Assembly (NCBI GenBank): GCA_013239625.1
Contig: MU053881.1
Span: 13,096,879 to 13,160,878, forward strand
DNA from: Lama guanicoe
Taxonomy: Eukaryota
Reading direction: 5' to 3'
DNA: 64,000 nt
The first letter of the stretch is position 1; each line of letters starts with the position of its first letter. Shown here in pieces: positions 40,829 through 54,964 of this stretch. Under the pieces are notes generated by a model. It had not been told where the DNA came from. It made no database searches and was given only the letters and a program-made list of their open reading frames with translations. The position numbers were made by a program, and so were the translations under genes.

Positions 40829-41146
40829 CCATTTGTTTCGGCTCTAAAGAGATGCATGCATTAGACTTGAAGCATTCTATGTTATTGAAATATTTACATC
40901 ATTGTACATGTGATGTGGAGGAAAACTTTCTTGCTATCTTGGGATGGAGATGTAATAGATTTCTAGTTTAGGCTCTTATATTTAAAGCAGGTTGTGATTT
41001 TTTTTCAAATGACGGACACATCCTAGTGTCATATCCTAGTAGGATCCAGTTTACTCCCACTTGACCCCAAATGAACATAGGCTATGGTTTTAGACTGTTT
41101 GCATCTAATTGTATTTTGAATTAAGTAAATGTAAATAGCCATGGCT

Positions 41147-41156
41147 TTTATTTATT
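41147..41156 (-). terminator. GABRG2: Candidate proximal poly(A) signal (two overlapping AATAAA)
   Basis: Minus strand tggaAATAAATAAAagcc, ~300 nt after the stop codon. Confidence 0.4.
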
Positions 41157-41454
41157 TCCAATTGCTATAGCTGAGAAGAAGAAAATTCTTGTCTGGTTTC
41201 AGTGTTCTTGCTCTAATTTCACTTTGCCTTGCAGGTTTGAGACACAGCGAACATTATAGTTCAGATTACACGTACCACAGGAGAGTTGGGCGCAAACAAT
41301 ATGACATAAGTACAATCTACCAGGTCAGAACAGAGGAACAGATTCAGATCATTAGAAACCACGTGGGGAGGAGTGTGTAAGTGGACTTAGAAAGGACATC
41401 TTCTCTCCAGCAGCTGTAGTGACTAAGACCCTTATCAGTGACGCCCAGACCTCT

Positions 41455-41874
<420 letters not shown>

Positions 41875-43102
41875 TAAAATTGAACTCAGGATAGCACGGT
41901 TGCAGATTTTAAACTGTGAGCTTAAGCAGTGCAGCTGAAAAGAATACCACCAAGCTAACAGCTACAGCAAGAAGATTGAACACCAAAAGAACTCAAAGTT
42001 TAAAGGTTTAAACCAAACAACTACATGGAATCTTATTCTAGGAAATATTAGATGTGAGGTTGGTTACATGAAGGCATTTGATGGTGCTGCATGTGAGTAG
42101 AACAGAGAAAGAAAAATGCGTCAATTTTGAAATCAAATTTTGGGTCATGCGTATCTATAGGCAAACGGTAAACCCCATTATGCTGAACAACTGTATTAAG
42201 GGTCTTTAATAGAAAATGTTGAGATGTATATAAATAGAGAAGTTTCCTGAGTTTATAGCACAATGGTATGTATGGCTTATGTTTTAAAGGAGTATATTAC
42301 TTTGTCTAACAGTCACCATCTAGAAGCTTCAGAATGTCAGCAGTATTTACCTACACGTGACTGAAAATTTAAAGGAAAACAACGCTACTACCTATCAAAC
42401 TCTCTTTAGCACTTGAGAAGAAACTAGCACCAATTAACTAAATGCTAATCTAATCTTTGCTGCTGGACCAATTATAAAATTGCTAGAAAACTTAATTTAA
42501 CGTTAATTTGGATGTGTTAGTTTTAGGATAATATAAATATGAAATCCTAGTGTCTCCGAATCAGCTGAGAATTCAGCAGGGGACAGAAATCTCATTGAGT
42601 AGTGCATGACAGCGCCAGAGGTCTCTGGGTCCCCCTGCAAGGGAGGGAGGAGTGTTTTCAAGCATTTCAAAGACAGTATTATTTCTATAGAACTGACGGG
42701 TAGGGTTCAGGCCAACAGAGATGATTACATTTACTTACTGAAAAGCGACCCAGTTTTGAACTAGGATTCACAGAGTTACATTTAGGTATATGGTACCCCT
42801 GGTATGTGGTAGGCACAGCCAGTGAAAATGGCTTCCACGTTTCTCTGAGAAGAGAGGGTAAATTTTGACTCGGATGTTTAAAGAGGCCCTCTCTGCTAAT
42901 GCCATCTCCTTGAGCTTAGAGCTCTACAGCCCCCTGTTAGGTCAAAACCTCTGAATTAACATAGGCTTTCTAAATCAACTCTAGAAACCTGCAGCTCTTT
43001 CCCCGTCTTAAACGTGTGCCCTCTAGTAGAATGCGTAGATGTCTGCTCATAAAAATAAATAAAATACACCATGTAAGCGTCAATAGAGGAAGTCAGCAGT
43101 TG

Positions 43103-43108
43103 CATGCA
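43103..43108 (-). promoter_or_regulatory. RBFOX binding site UGCAUG downstream of the micro-exon
   Basis: TGCATG on the transcribed strand, 29-34 nt after the micro-exon donor. A downstream position promotes inclusion in the RBFOX splicing map. Confidence 0.75.
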
Positions 43109-43136
43109 GTGAATTTCCATTCCAAAAACATTATAC

Positions 43137-43160
43137 CTTGAAGGAAAACATCCGAAGAAG
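43137..43160 (-). CDS. GABRG2: 24-nt alternatively spliced micro-exon distinguishing gamma2L from gamma2S (LLRMFSFK, carries a PKC-site serine)
   Basis: Minus strand reads aaatccaaag|CTTCTTCGGATGTTTTCCTTCAAG|gtataa = LLRMFSFK, phase 0-0. Absent from the ORF track; found by reading the intron. Confidence 0.97.
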
Positions 43161-43260
43161 CTTTGGATTTGTAGACAGAAAAGAGAATCGCATTTTTTTT
43201 TAATTAAAAGAAGAAAAAAAGAGAAAAAAAAAGAGACAAAATAAGATAAATTAAAAATAC
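43161..43260 (-). promoter_or_regulatory. Micro-exon 3' splice region with PTBP-type UUCUCU silencer, A9 tract and long upstream U/C tract
   Basis: Minus strand ...tctcttttttttctctttttttcttcttttaatt-A9-tgcgaTTCTCTtttctgtctacaaatccaaag| (U-run lengths approximate). Confidence 0.65.
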
Positions 43261-45172
43261 ATTTTGAAAACACAGCAAGTGAAATGAACTGAAATTATAA
43301 ACACGGAAGGACAGTTCTGAGCTTCGAATAAAGTATATGCCCAAAGTAGGAAATTGAAATTTGGTGCTTGCTAGTGAAATCTTCAGTAAATTAGCTCACA
43401 ATTATCTAACTGCAAAAGCCAGTGTTTTTCACTGTGAGGAAGCTGTCTATTGCCCATTGTCCCTGCACAGAAATACTGATTTCATTTTCTAATTATCAAG
43501 GAGGCCTGACTAGGAGAGACTTGCCACAAGGAACCCAGGGTCCTATTACGTGGGAAAAGGACATTTCAGCTTCTTATTCACAGCTTCGGGTCTTGCCAGT
43601 TCTGATAAATCATGTAATTCACTTTAAAGAGGGAAATGCACGATGTTCTCAGGTAATTTCGTTTTTGCAGTTTCTTTAATCCTCTTTCTCCTCTTTTTTC
43701 CTTCTTCTGCCATCTTCATGACCCAGATTAAGGAATCCAAGTGCTCCCATCTTGGCAACAAGATCCAGTCTGCAGTGACAGCTGTTAGAGAGGGCCCGTC
43801 CTCCCAGCCTCGCTCCTACTGGCAGGTAATAATGCTGAGTGTTACTAACACCAGCTTTTGGGGGAAAGTGAAATGGCAAGTGCAGGAGGGGGAGAAAATA
43901 ACAAACAACACAATAAGAAAAATAAACTAAGGACAGAGCAAATGCAAAGGCAGAGAGAGGCAATACAGACAGAGAAAGGAAGGGCTGCATAAAGCATAGT
44001 GAACATTTGGGAAATTAAAGATAAGCATTTCTTTTTTAAAAATTAATATCAAGAATAATGATGCTTCTTTCTCACCCTGCTATAACATCTTACATGCAAA
44101 CGTGTGCGCTTCGTGTTGGCTCACCGGAGTCTCTGCACAGGCACCAGGATGCAACCTAGAGTCAGCTAGAGTCCCTGTTACGAGTCAGCTCTCCAAAGCC
44201 CGCGGGTCAGGCAGCTCCCCACTGGCCTGGTCCTCAGGCCCTCAGAGCAGAAGACCAGGACAGGCTGTGAATTCAGGGGCAGTGAATTCCTTTTCCCTAT
44301 CTTGGAAGCCGATGGACCCTAACTTTCCTGGGGCCTCCTGTGAACCATGTACTACTGTGTTTAAGTGGGTAAATGAGTAGAGCTGCCTTCTCTTTTCAAC
44401 ATCCATAATAAAAAACAATGGCTTTAGGCATTAATATTTGTGCTTCTTCATCTCCATTTAAGGTTTGGAGGCCAGGTGAAGTCATCCTACCTGTTTCCAG
44501 ATCACTGACATCAATCCACGTTGCTAACTGCATAAATCATCAGCATCAACCATCATCCTCAACTCTAAATGAAAGGTACTGTGCAATGCTTTTTACATCT
44601 ATTACCACATTTATTTCCTCAAAGCAGCCTCATAAGCTGTCTATTTTATATGTGAGAAAATGAAAACACAGGGAAGGTAAGTAACTTGCCCAAACAACAG
44701 ATGAGCCATTTTTTTTTAAAGATACATTTTGAGTATAAAACCAAGAGGAGTGCTATGGTGGTAACACAAACACACATTAATTATTTGCAAAAGTGTAATG
44801 ATCCTTGAAACTTTAAGAACCTTGTGGATTCCTAGTAGAAAGCCTTGGATGAAAAATTTAATGTAAACCATCAATAATTTTAAAATACTATATAGTAAAG
44901 GGGCAGAAAGATGAACATCAACGAAACATAAAACAACAGCAACTAGCAGATAAATGCACTTCTCAGCCATGGTCACACTCGGGGGCAGGAGTCTGCCACA
45001 GTGAACCAGGTCTCTCCCAAGGGACTGGCGGCCAGAATGACTCCTCACGGCCCGGCCAAACGCGCACATTCTGTTTTCATCTTGGGGCCCAAAGTAGTGC
45101 GGCTAAGCCTACTGCCACAGGCCAGACCAAAATACAGCCACAAGGGGGGGGTCTGTCCGCATAAAAGTTTTA

Positions 45173-45646
<474 letters not shown>

Positions 45647-47624
45647 TCACGCTCAAGTAAGCAAAGAAAAGTGTGGCTGCACGTGACGGAGCAGGGATGG
45701 TGAGAACCTAGTTGAACGGCAGACCTCTGTGAGGGGGTGGTATTTAAGGTAAAGCTTAAACATAAGTTAGCAGAAATCAACTCTTTGACTGTTAGCACTG
45801 AATAAATCAAAGGGAGGTTCTGAGGAAGGGAACCCTTACTTGTTTTTTTTAATGTTTAGAATACCTGGCATCTGGGGATGGGCCAGAGAATCAAGGTGAT
45901 GCTGAGGAAACAAGTTAAATCGTGCAGAGCATGCACGGGACTTTGCATTTTATTCAGAGTGCAAGGAGAGTCATAAGGGGTGAAATAGAAGATATATTCT
46001 GGTGGATAAACTCTTTAAAGATTATACAATGAAAAGGGTACCTCAGAATATAATATAATATTTACTGAAAACTTCCTCCGGCCAGGCACTCTGATAAGCA
46101 CCCATGTGCATCTTCTCTTTGAATCTTTATAGCAGATATTTTCATTGTGATATTAGAGTAGAGGAAAAAGGCTAAAGGACCAGCTCCACGTCAGACAGTG
46201 AAGTGGCAGAAGGATTTGAATACAAAAATTACATGTTTGATTTCAAAAGGCTTCTATACATTGGGCACCAGTGCCCAAGCAAATTTGTCCTCTTCAATAA
46301 TTGTTTAATAAAAGGGAACAAAGTTAAGAAAACCTACATGTATCAACTGGGGAAGCGTCAGGGGCGTGCCTTCTGTTAACAGCTGTGTTATTTGTAATAA
46401 AGGCAACATGGATTCAGTATTTGAATAGGTTGTAGCTCCAGCCCTAGGGACTTAAGTCACCCCAACAGTCTAGTTCCAGTTTCTGCGTCTTTTGGACCAT
46501 CTCTTTGAAGGCCCATCCATTTCTTACCATGAGTGGATGCAACTTTCTGTGCTGCATAAGTGGCCTTCCCAAGCCTTGACCATTTGTAGTCTGTGACTTT
46601 CGTTTCTGGTGGAGGCAGGGGAGAGGGGAAGTTTCCATCACCTAATGCTGGGCATTAATTCTGACTGTTCCTGGGACCAAGAGACCTCCAGGAGACAGTC
46701 AGCACCCCTGCCTCAAGGGGCAGTGCTGGGAAACGCCAAAGGAATCAGACCCAGGAGACTTGAGGAGCAAGGGGGGCGGAAGCAGCAGGGCAGAGGAGCT
46801 GTAGCACACAGCAAAAGAGAAATGAGACTGTCATTTCTCTAAGATGTGGGTTATTGGTATAGACTGCCTAAAAGGTAGCTGAGTGGAACCGAAACGCTCT
46901 TGAAGAAGGGTTAAGCAAAGATTAGCATTGACCTCTCGCTCCCTAATCTCTTGGGTTTTTTGCCAGAGCCATTTTTGAGGGGTTTACAATATGTTTTCAA
47001 AAACAGCGTGGCTCTTGGGGGTTATTACATCCTAGCTTAATATCAAGTTTCGCAGTGTACTTGTGTCGTGAAATTCCAGAGAAGGGAAAGAGAAGTTTTG
47101 GTAGAAAGAACTCCACAGAACAAAATAGCTTTTAATAAAGACCCTCCTTAAGGGAACTGGTTATAAAGGCCATTACCCCTTTCCTAGTCCGCTGTGCGTG
47201 CTTATGGGGCAATCCATCTCCCTGTCCAGGCTGTACACTTTTTGTGACAACTGTGCACTGTAACCCCACAGTGAGGCTGGTGCTAGGACTCAATCAATGT
47301 CTGCTGGATGAGTAAATAAAACAGCCTAAGAATAGCGTGTATGTGAAAGATCAAGGGGACTCAACCTACACTTGAGAACAGAAATCCATATTGATGACTT
47401 GGGGGAGACAGATTTAACCGCACATAATGGTAGGTAACATTCAAGAATCTCCTCCTTTGGCAAGGTACTATGTCAAGCACTTACATAATTATTCTTTTTG
47501 TGCTCAGTTTTTTTTTTTCACCTGCAAAATAAGGTTAACAGTGCTTTTTCCTCATTATGAGGATTTTGTGGAATAAACTAGTCAGTGACAGAGATGAAAT
47601 ACAAGCCTAGGAAATCTCACTCTG

Positions 47625-47744
47625 TTTGTTGTTGGGGGGAGTTAATGAGGTTCGTTTACTTATTTACTTGGAGATACTGGGGATTGAACCCAGGATCCTG
47701 TGCATGCTGTGGCTGTGCTCTACCCCTGAGCTCTGCCCTCCCCC
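47625..47744 (-). mobile_element. tRNA-derived camelid-type SINE (Vic-1-like), intronic
   Basis: gatactggggattgaacccaggatcctgtgcatgct...ctctacccctgagctctgccctccccc is the reverse complement of the SINE head. Confidence 0.85.
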
Positions 47745-48375
47745 GAGAAGTCTGACGTTAAATGCAGTGCGGCGAAGCATACTGTTCCAGTTCCTGTCTG
47801 TGAAGTGGTCCGTCGTGTACAGGACGGAGCACCACCCACGTGGGAGCTACCGTAGATTCCTGACTCGAGGGACGGTGTGGGGCGCCGGGTCTTCCATGCT
47901 GTGACGGAAGCAGAGGAGCGGTCAAGATCTCAATGACAAAGTGCAGGCGGTGGTGACTGGGGGACAATTCACAGGGCTCCTGTGAAGATGAAATTTAATA
48001 ATGCACGCAGTGGGGCCATTCCTAGTAAAGTCTCGATAGATGTAAGGTATCACTATCATTTAGTTTCGAGAAGAAAGATCTCAAACTAAAAGACGTTTCA
48101 CTTAGGCTGTCTATGCATTAATTCCTGCAGAAGCTCTCGACTGCACCTGATCACAGCGGATTTTTCTGGGGGTGGATCTCGCACCTAAGCTGGAACTCTG
48201 ACCTTTACGTTCAGGCCTCAGACCACACTTGACCTATGAGAAGTGAGGACGGCAGTATCCACAGAAGACACCACAGAGAAGTTCACTTAAGCAAATCTGG
48301 CATGTCTGACACGTGAGTTCAACATTGGGACGTTCATCACAGCCATGTAAAAAGAATCTTGAAATATTGCTTCAA

Positions 48376-48534
48376 GGTGGGAGGGTGTAGCTCAAGTGGC
48401 AGAGCATATGCTTAGCATGCAGGAGGTCCTGGGCTCAAGCCCCAGGACCTCTTCTGTAAATAAATAAACCTAGTTACCCTCCCCCCGAAAAAAAATCTCC
48501 CCCCCCCAAAAAATAATGTCTTTAAAAAGAAAAA
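48376..48534 (+). mobile_element. tRNA-derived camelid-type SINE (Vic-1-like), intronic
   Basis: gggagggtgtagctcaagtggcagagcatatgcttagcatgcaggaggtcctgggctcaagcccc. TSD gaa(a/c)tattgctt(c/t)a at 48361-48374 and 48535-48548. Confidence 0.88.
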
Positions 48535-49095
48535 GAACTATTGCTTTATTATATTTTCAGGTCTGCTTGGAGGAACAGAGGAGTGGTCGTTTTAGCTGAT
48601 TTACCAACCGACAAGATAGCCTGATACGGTTTTTAAGTCCAGTTTTGCTAGGCAAAGAAATGAGACTTCGCTTACCTGAGACAGATGAAAAATAGCGGTA
48701 GCTGTTTTCAGTACTGGGCCTGAAGTAAGCTCTGCAGGCATGTGACCTTACCTCATACTGCATGGGTGAAAAATACCAGTCGGCATTTTCCTTGTTGCAG
48801 CCGCCGTCCCCGCCCCATGGCTAAACCTCACCAGCTACCACCTGGGTACCAAACTGCGTTCACGACATTCAAGTGTTACAGGCTGCACACTGATCCTTGT
48901 TCGCACTGTGGTGACCTGAGCTTAGAAAGCGGCCAGTCTCTGCGCCAGGTAGGTGTGCTTATCTCACTCATCAGACAGCTGGGCTCTGACTGTTCTATGG
49001 CAAGAAACTTAAAATCCACGGGTATTTGATGTCGTCTGGTTTAACTCTTGGTTATAAACAATGGAAAAGGCAATTGGACTCAATGAAATCTGGGT

Positions 49096-49269
49096 CAGCG
49101 TTCTTCAACGTGATCTCATGTTAGAATCACCTAGGGAATTTTTTTTTTTTAAATCCTGACACCCAGGTCGTGCCTCTCAACACATCAATTAAGCATCTCT
49201 TGGGGTTGGAGCTGTACTTTTAAGGGCCTCCTAGTGATTTAAATGTGCAGTGAAATTTAGGAAGCACCG
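49096..49269. mobile_element. MER5B-like hAT-Charlie DNA transposon
   Basis: cagcgttcttcaac...ttagaatcacctaggga...ctcctagtgatttaaatgtgcagtgaaatttaggaagcaccg. Confidence 0.75.
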
Positions 49270-51180
49270 ATCCAGAGACGTGAGACGGCAAAGCTAAACT
49301 AGAGAAACTGGCTCAGCCCAGCACCCCTACATTTCCCACAAGTGGCCTTCAACAGGGCCTCACACCCAGAACAAATCTGGGTCTCATCAGCTGTGGGGCT
49401 GTGTGACCTTGTGAATGTCATTCAACCTTGCAGCAGCACCTCTGCCTCCTGCTCTAAAAAATGTGACAATCATTTTTATCATCATCACAACTTCTGCGTG
49501 CAGTTGTTGTGAAGAGGGACCCTGTTGAAGGTGTGTGACGCACAATGAATGAGCAACAATTAGGAGCAGCACCTATCTGCTCCGTGTTCAGGGGCTTGGT
49601 TCCTCATTCCTCAGGTCACTCACCTTGACCTCTTGTCCCACTACGGTCTTTTGCCAGTGAGCACTCACTGAATGAGGGGCGGAAATGAGCTACTAGAGCG
49701 GCCTCAAGAGAGATTTGAACAGCAGGAATCTAGACTTCAAAGGAAGAGACTGATTTGAAATCTTTTCCCTAAAATATTTTTGGCGTGGGTAGATTGGGAC
49801 GCATCAGTGCATAAGTGCACAGATGACTTGGATCATCATCGAGGTGCACAGCTATATGCCAGGCGCTAGACTGGGCATAAGAGAGACATTTACATGGTGT
49901 CGGACGTAAGAGGCAGATAGATAAGCATGTAATGCAATGTATTCCACTCACAGTGACAGGTAACGGTCCCAGGGTAATAGACTCGGCATGTTTCAGGCTT
50001 GTTTTTCGCGTGTGGCGTGAGACAAAGTATTGTAACTGTTGCATAGGACCTGTGACACAAAGTGCTGCATGTAACAGGAAAAATCAAAATAAATTTTGAA
50101 ACAGACGGGAGACTAAATTAGGTTTGGAGGAGGACAGATGTGCAAATGATGTCTTTTTTTCCCCAGTAATCATTTCTGCCCTCAGTTTTAATAACCTGGT
50201 AGAGATCATTTTGTCAGAAAATGACTCTAATTGCTAACATTTCTGAGGCCCTACTATGTTTTGTGCACTGTGCATGGAAAACCTTACTGAACCTAATAAA
50301 ACCCCACAGTTAGGTACAGGAAATGATACATGCTTTATAGGTGAGTACAGTGTGATTTAGACCGACTAAAGGGCATTTCTGAGGCCATACCACCTGTGTG
50401 GGTTGAAATCTAGGTTTGCTGGACTTCAGACCCCAAGCTCTTAACTATTGCATGATACTGCCTCTCTAGCAAAGAGCGAGCAAGAGACGTGGTTCTAGTT
50501 TTCACACAGTGAAAGTGGAGAGTGGCTTTATAAATAATAGTAACTGCAAATAATCTTAAACATTGGGGGTGGGGGGGGTTCCCAAAGCTTCACAGGTGAT
50601 TATGTGTTCCCCCAAATAATCTTTAAAGAGCTAATTACTGTGTATGTACATCTTCAAATGTCATAATAATTATGCATGTTGGAATTAATTAATAGCCAGC
50701 GGCATGCTAGTAAATGTGTAACAATTGATTCTACGGGGAGAAAAGGCACCCTTGATTTTCAGTTTTTGCCTATTTCCATGGTGTTAATATTTTCACCTTG
50801 GTTGATTTCAAGCTACCAATGTGGCATCACTGAACTCAACATTGAAAAAGGGTTAAACACAATCAGCTCTCATGAGCTGGTGCGAGCAGCTCTAGTGTAC
50901 AACTGCCCAGACCAAGGCAAAAAGTATACTGAAAAGAAGTTGTTTTTTCCCCTTAGTTAATTTAAATTTATTCTAAAACTTACTAAAGAAAGCCTATGAA
51001 GGTCATTTAGAAAAACTGAGCTAGGAAACTTTAAACACTGTTTTTGTCTTTTTAATATGCCAGTTTTCTTAAAAATTAAATGAATGGCATTTCTATGTGA
51101 TTGCTGACTGAATTAAAAGCAAATCAGTTTAGAAAAAGGAGTAAAGATTACTGATACTGGATACTTATCGTGGGACACTA

Positions 51181-51624
<444 letters not shown>

Positions 51625-54624
51625 TTAATACACACAATGTGAAACGTTGTGCTTAGTGGAGAGGCAGGGTGTGCTTCGACACTGTGCCTCTTGCCTGTGG
51701 TGAATCCTAAGGTTTGTAACAATTTCCTCTTGTTCTCAAGACCTTTCTCCAGACAAACCAAGGAGGCATATCGTGGTGCTTGGCACTAATGCATGACTAT
51801 TCTACTCAGTTTATAACCAAATCCCTATGCTGCCGCACACATTTCTCATGTTTTCATTGAATTATGTGATTTTCCTTCATGGCAGTTACTTCAATTTGTA
51901 ATTTATCATTCGGTTGTGTGGTTATTTTTGTACCATCTGTCTCACCTGTTACGCTTCATCTGCATGAGTCCACACACTGTGCCTCCTGTAGCCCACCGTT
52001 GCACCCCCGGTGCTTAAGCTTGATTCCAAATCAGCATTAACATTTGTTGAATAAATGCTTACGTGAATGAATACATTTATATATTTAAATACAGAGAAAA
52101 CAACAAACAAAAAAAAACCCCAAGAAGTTGTATTCTAGAACATTTGGATTAAAAAGGAGTTTATGTAAGTAATCCAGAGAGTAATCAAAGAATTCAAGAA
52201 TAACCATATAACTATGGAAGAGAACAGTTTAATGTGTCATACTCCCAAGTCTCTGATTTAAGATCATGATGTATGGATGGTTTTTAAAATTCCCTGTCCT
52301 TCATTTTAGATGACTGCAAGTGAAATTTTAATTTTCGAAGTTAGAAAATACACTGTGGAGACATACCCCAGTTACTATGGATGTACGTGTATTTGTAGTA
52401 CTGTTAGAGAACGTCAGTTTCAAAGGCTGTGCTGCTCTCCTAAAGTCAGATGAAACACAAGACCACTTTTCCATTGTTGCTTCTTTTTTCTTTACCAAAG
52501 GTGTGATTTGTCCTAAAATGCATGGGCAATGAAATCCAAATCATGTGTTTTAGTTGAATTACTTGGCTTCATGTCTGTGTTTCTCCACTTACTTAGAGAA
52601 TTTGGGTCTGAGTTGAAAAGAAGGTCCTTTGGAAGCCTCAGGTGGAGAAGGTTGACTTCGCTGGGGGAGTTATTACCACCCAGTCCACTTCTCCCTTCTC
52701 ACTCTGAAGCTTCACTCCACAACCTTCTAAGCTGCTGCGACAGAAAACCTGTCACTGGGAACTCTTCCAGGGAGTAAGGACTCTCCCCAAACCCTGCAGT
52801 GTTTCCTAAGTGGAGTCATGACCACCTCCTAGCACTGCCCTTGGGCGGACTGATGTGCTATTACTCGTGTGCGTCAGGCCTGCTTAAGAGTGACCCAGAC
52901 ACTAATCAGGGAATTAAGCTCCCAGTGGAGCATCAGTTCCATCTCAGAGAGCAATAATTAGCAATTATTTAGCAATTATCCTTGAAAAGGTACACGAAGG
53001 AATTTTCTTATTGATGATCATTAGATTTTGATTATTTCCCTGAGATTACACTTCTCTGTGTTGGTTTATCTGGATTTAAGCTATTTCAAGTCAAGTCACA
53101 GCATTTCAGAAATTAATTTGGTCTCTGCTTTTGTTCTAATTGAGAAGATAATAGACTCAGGCTGTGATTGAGGAATAAAGCCATGTAATTGGAGATGATC
53201 GCTATTAGTGTCTGTCTATGTCTTTCTCGTTTCTTTGATCACTGTACCAGAGGCAGGGGAAGAAGGGTTTTCTTTTTAAATAATCATCTTCAGGAGCACT
53301 TTTTTCTCCCTGTTTTCCGAGTCCTTGAGAATTCTCTGCATATTTTAAACATGGGTTTAAGTGAATTATAATATCTTAAACAACCCTGGACAATTTCAGT
53401 AGCTCCCTTTTACTGTTTATCATCTAAGTGAATGGGAATCTGCACTTTGGCATTAATGATGTGACTCTTTTAAAGGTGAACTTTAATTTTGCCTCAAGTT
53501 GACAGATAATTATCTCATTTCAATTCTCTCCTTCCCTTTAGGTCAGAATCTAAACTTCCACAGCCCATTTATCTATCAGTTTCTATTTTAATGTAATAGC
53601 TTCTGAGCATCTTTCATCTTTGCCAGCAAATCCACAGCTTTTCTATCACTAGATTATGGATTCAAACTCAGGAACAGGCCATTTAAAAGCAAAGCAGCTT
53701 CACAGTGACAGCCTGGTGCCTGTCATATCTCTGAGGCCACATCACTTTTTGTATTTCTGAAAGCTCTTGGGCTGAGGAGCCTATAAAAATCAAATCCCCT
53801 GAAAGTGCTGCATCAGTGATTTCCCCAAAGCCCGAATGGTCTAAATGCCAACCAAGTCAAAGGGGGTTATTTCAGCCATTTCAGATTTATTCTCTCTACT
53901 GATTCATCCTAACACACAATATTTAAAGTCATAGCATTTCATAAAGTAGTTTCCCTGTTTTTGCCCTAATTTAGATGTAAAACGCGCACAAGCAATGATT
54001 GAGGACAGAAGATGTATATAATTTGAATAACACCCATTAATGACCATTCCTTGTTTTTTGTAAGATTTGCATGTCTAGTTTTAGGAAGAGACCACCAACA
54101 TCAGTGAATAATGAACTTCAGTTACTATTGTTTTAGTTGTTGAGGTTAACCATTTGAAAGCTTTAAAATTCAGATGTGCTGGAGTGTTTAGGCTCGTATT
54201 TTCATACATGAGATTATCTCCTCTTAAAAGTTTAAAGATTCTGCGGACATCTTCCCCTCCATTGAATGCCCACAATTTAAAAACAAAAACAAAAAACCAG
54301 CTATTCTCTAGTTACATGCACACGCTGGGCTGAATGGCGTGCATATATTATCCTTAAACTTCCTAAACGCTTTGTCAGGATGGTCAGAAAACTAAGCCTT
54401 CACTGTGTCCCTGTCCCAGGATTCCTGTGCCGCTTCAGTATAGCTGAAGAGAGTACACAGTATTCTAGTAGGGTAACTTTGAGGCGTAATTAGTGTTAAT
54501 ATACTCTACATTTCTTTCTCTAGTCTCTTTTTTATTGCCAACAAATAATTTTAACGATTGTTATGCACAGAGTACTATGTTAGGTAACGTGGAGATTAAG
54601 ACCTATGGAATCTCACACTTGATT

Positions 54625-54658
<34 letters not shown>

Positions 54659-54673
54659 TACACACACACACAC
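54625..54673. repeat. (TA)n...(CA)n compound microsatellite at a SINE tail
   Basis: About 13 TA units, then tgcacacata, then a CA run. Confidence 0.9.
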
Positions 54674-54675
54674 AT

Positions 54676-54792
54676 CTTTACTTTTTTAGGGGGGGTAATT
54701 CGGTTTATTTATGTATTTATTTTTGGAGGATTGAACCCAGGACCTTGTGCGTGTTAAGCATGGGCTCTACCACTTGAGCTGTACCTTCCCCC
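54676..54792 (-). mobile_element. tRNA-derived camelid-type SINE (Vic-1-like), intronic
   Basis: ggattgaacccaggaccttgtgcgtgttaagcatgggctctaccacttgagctgtaccttccccc. The tail abuts a (TA)n(CA)n microsatellite. Confidence 0.87.
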
Positions 54793-54964
54793 TGATTTTG
54801 TATTAAACAGATTAAATGAGAACTAGATTATTTTGTCTCTTGCTACAACTCAGAGATAGAGAGATGTGTTGAGACCAGGCAGTAGATCTAGCTTTATCAC
54901 TCCTCGTTGAACCCTTGAACCTGAGGCATAATTCCATGAGGCTGGTTTGACTACAGGCAGAAAG

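Larger units (their letters stand above)
39290..41454 (-). other. GABRG2: GABRG2 3' UTR (~2.2 kb to the distal poly(A) site; end approximate)
   Basis: Follows the stop codon. AU-rich and almost repeat-free. Ends after an AATAAA at 39310-39315 that has a GU-rich downstream stretch. Confidence 0.75.

Noticed and set aside
42572..42616. REST/RE1-like half sites (ttcagca..ggacag; gacagcgcc) in the last intron
   Set aside because: The left half lacks the CC and the spacing does not fit TTCAGCACCnnGGACAG. Too weak to call without ChIP data.
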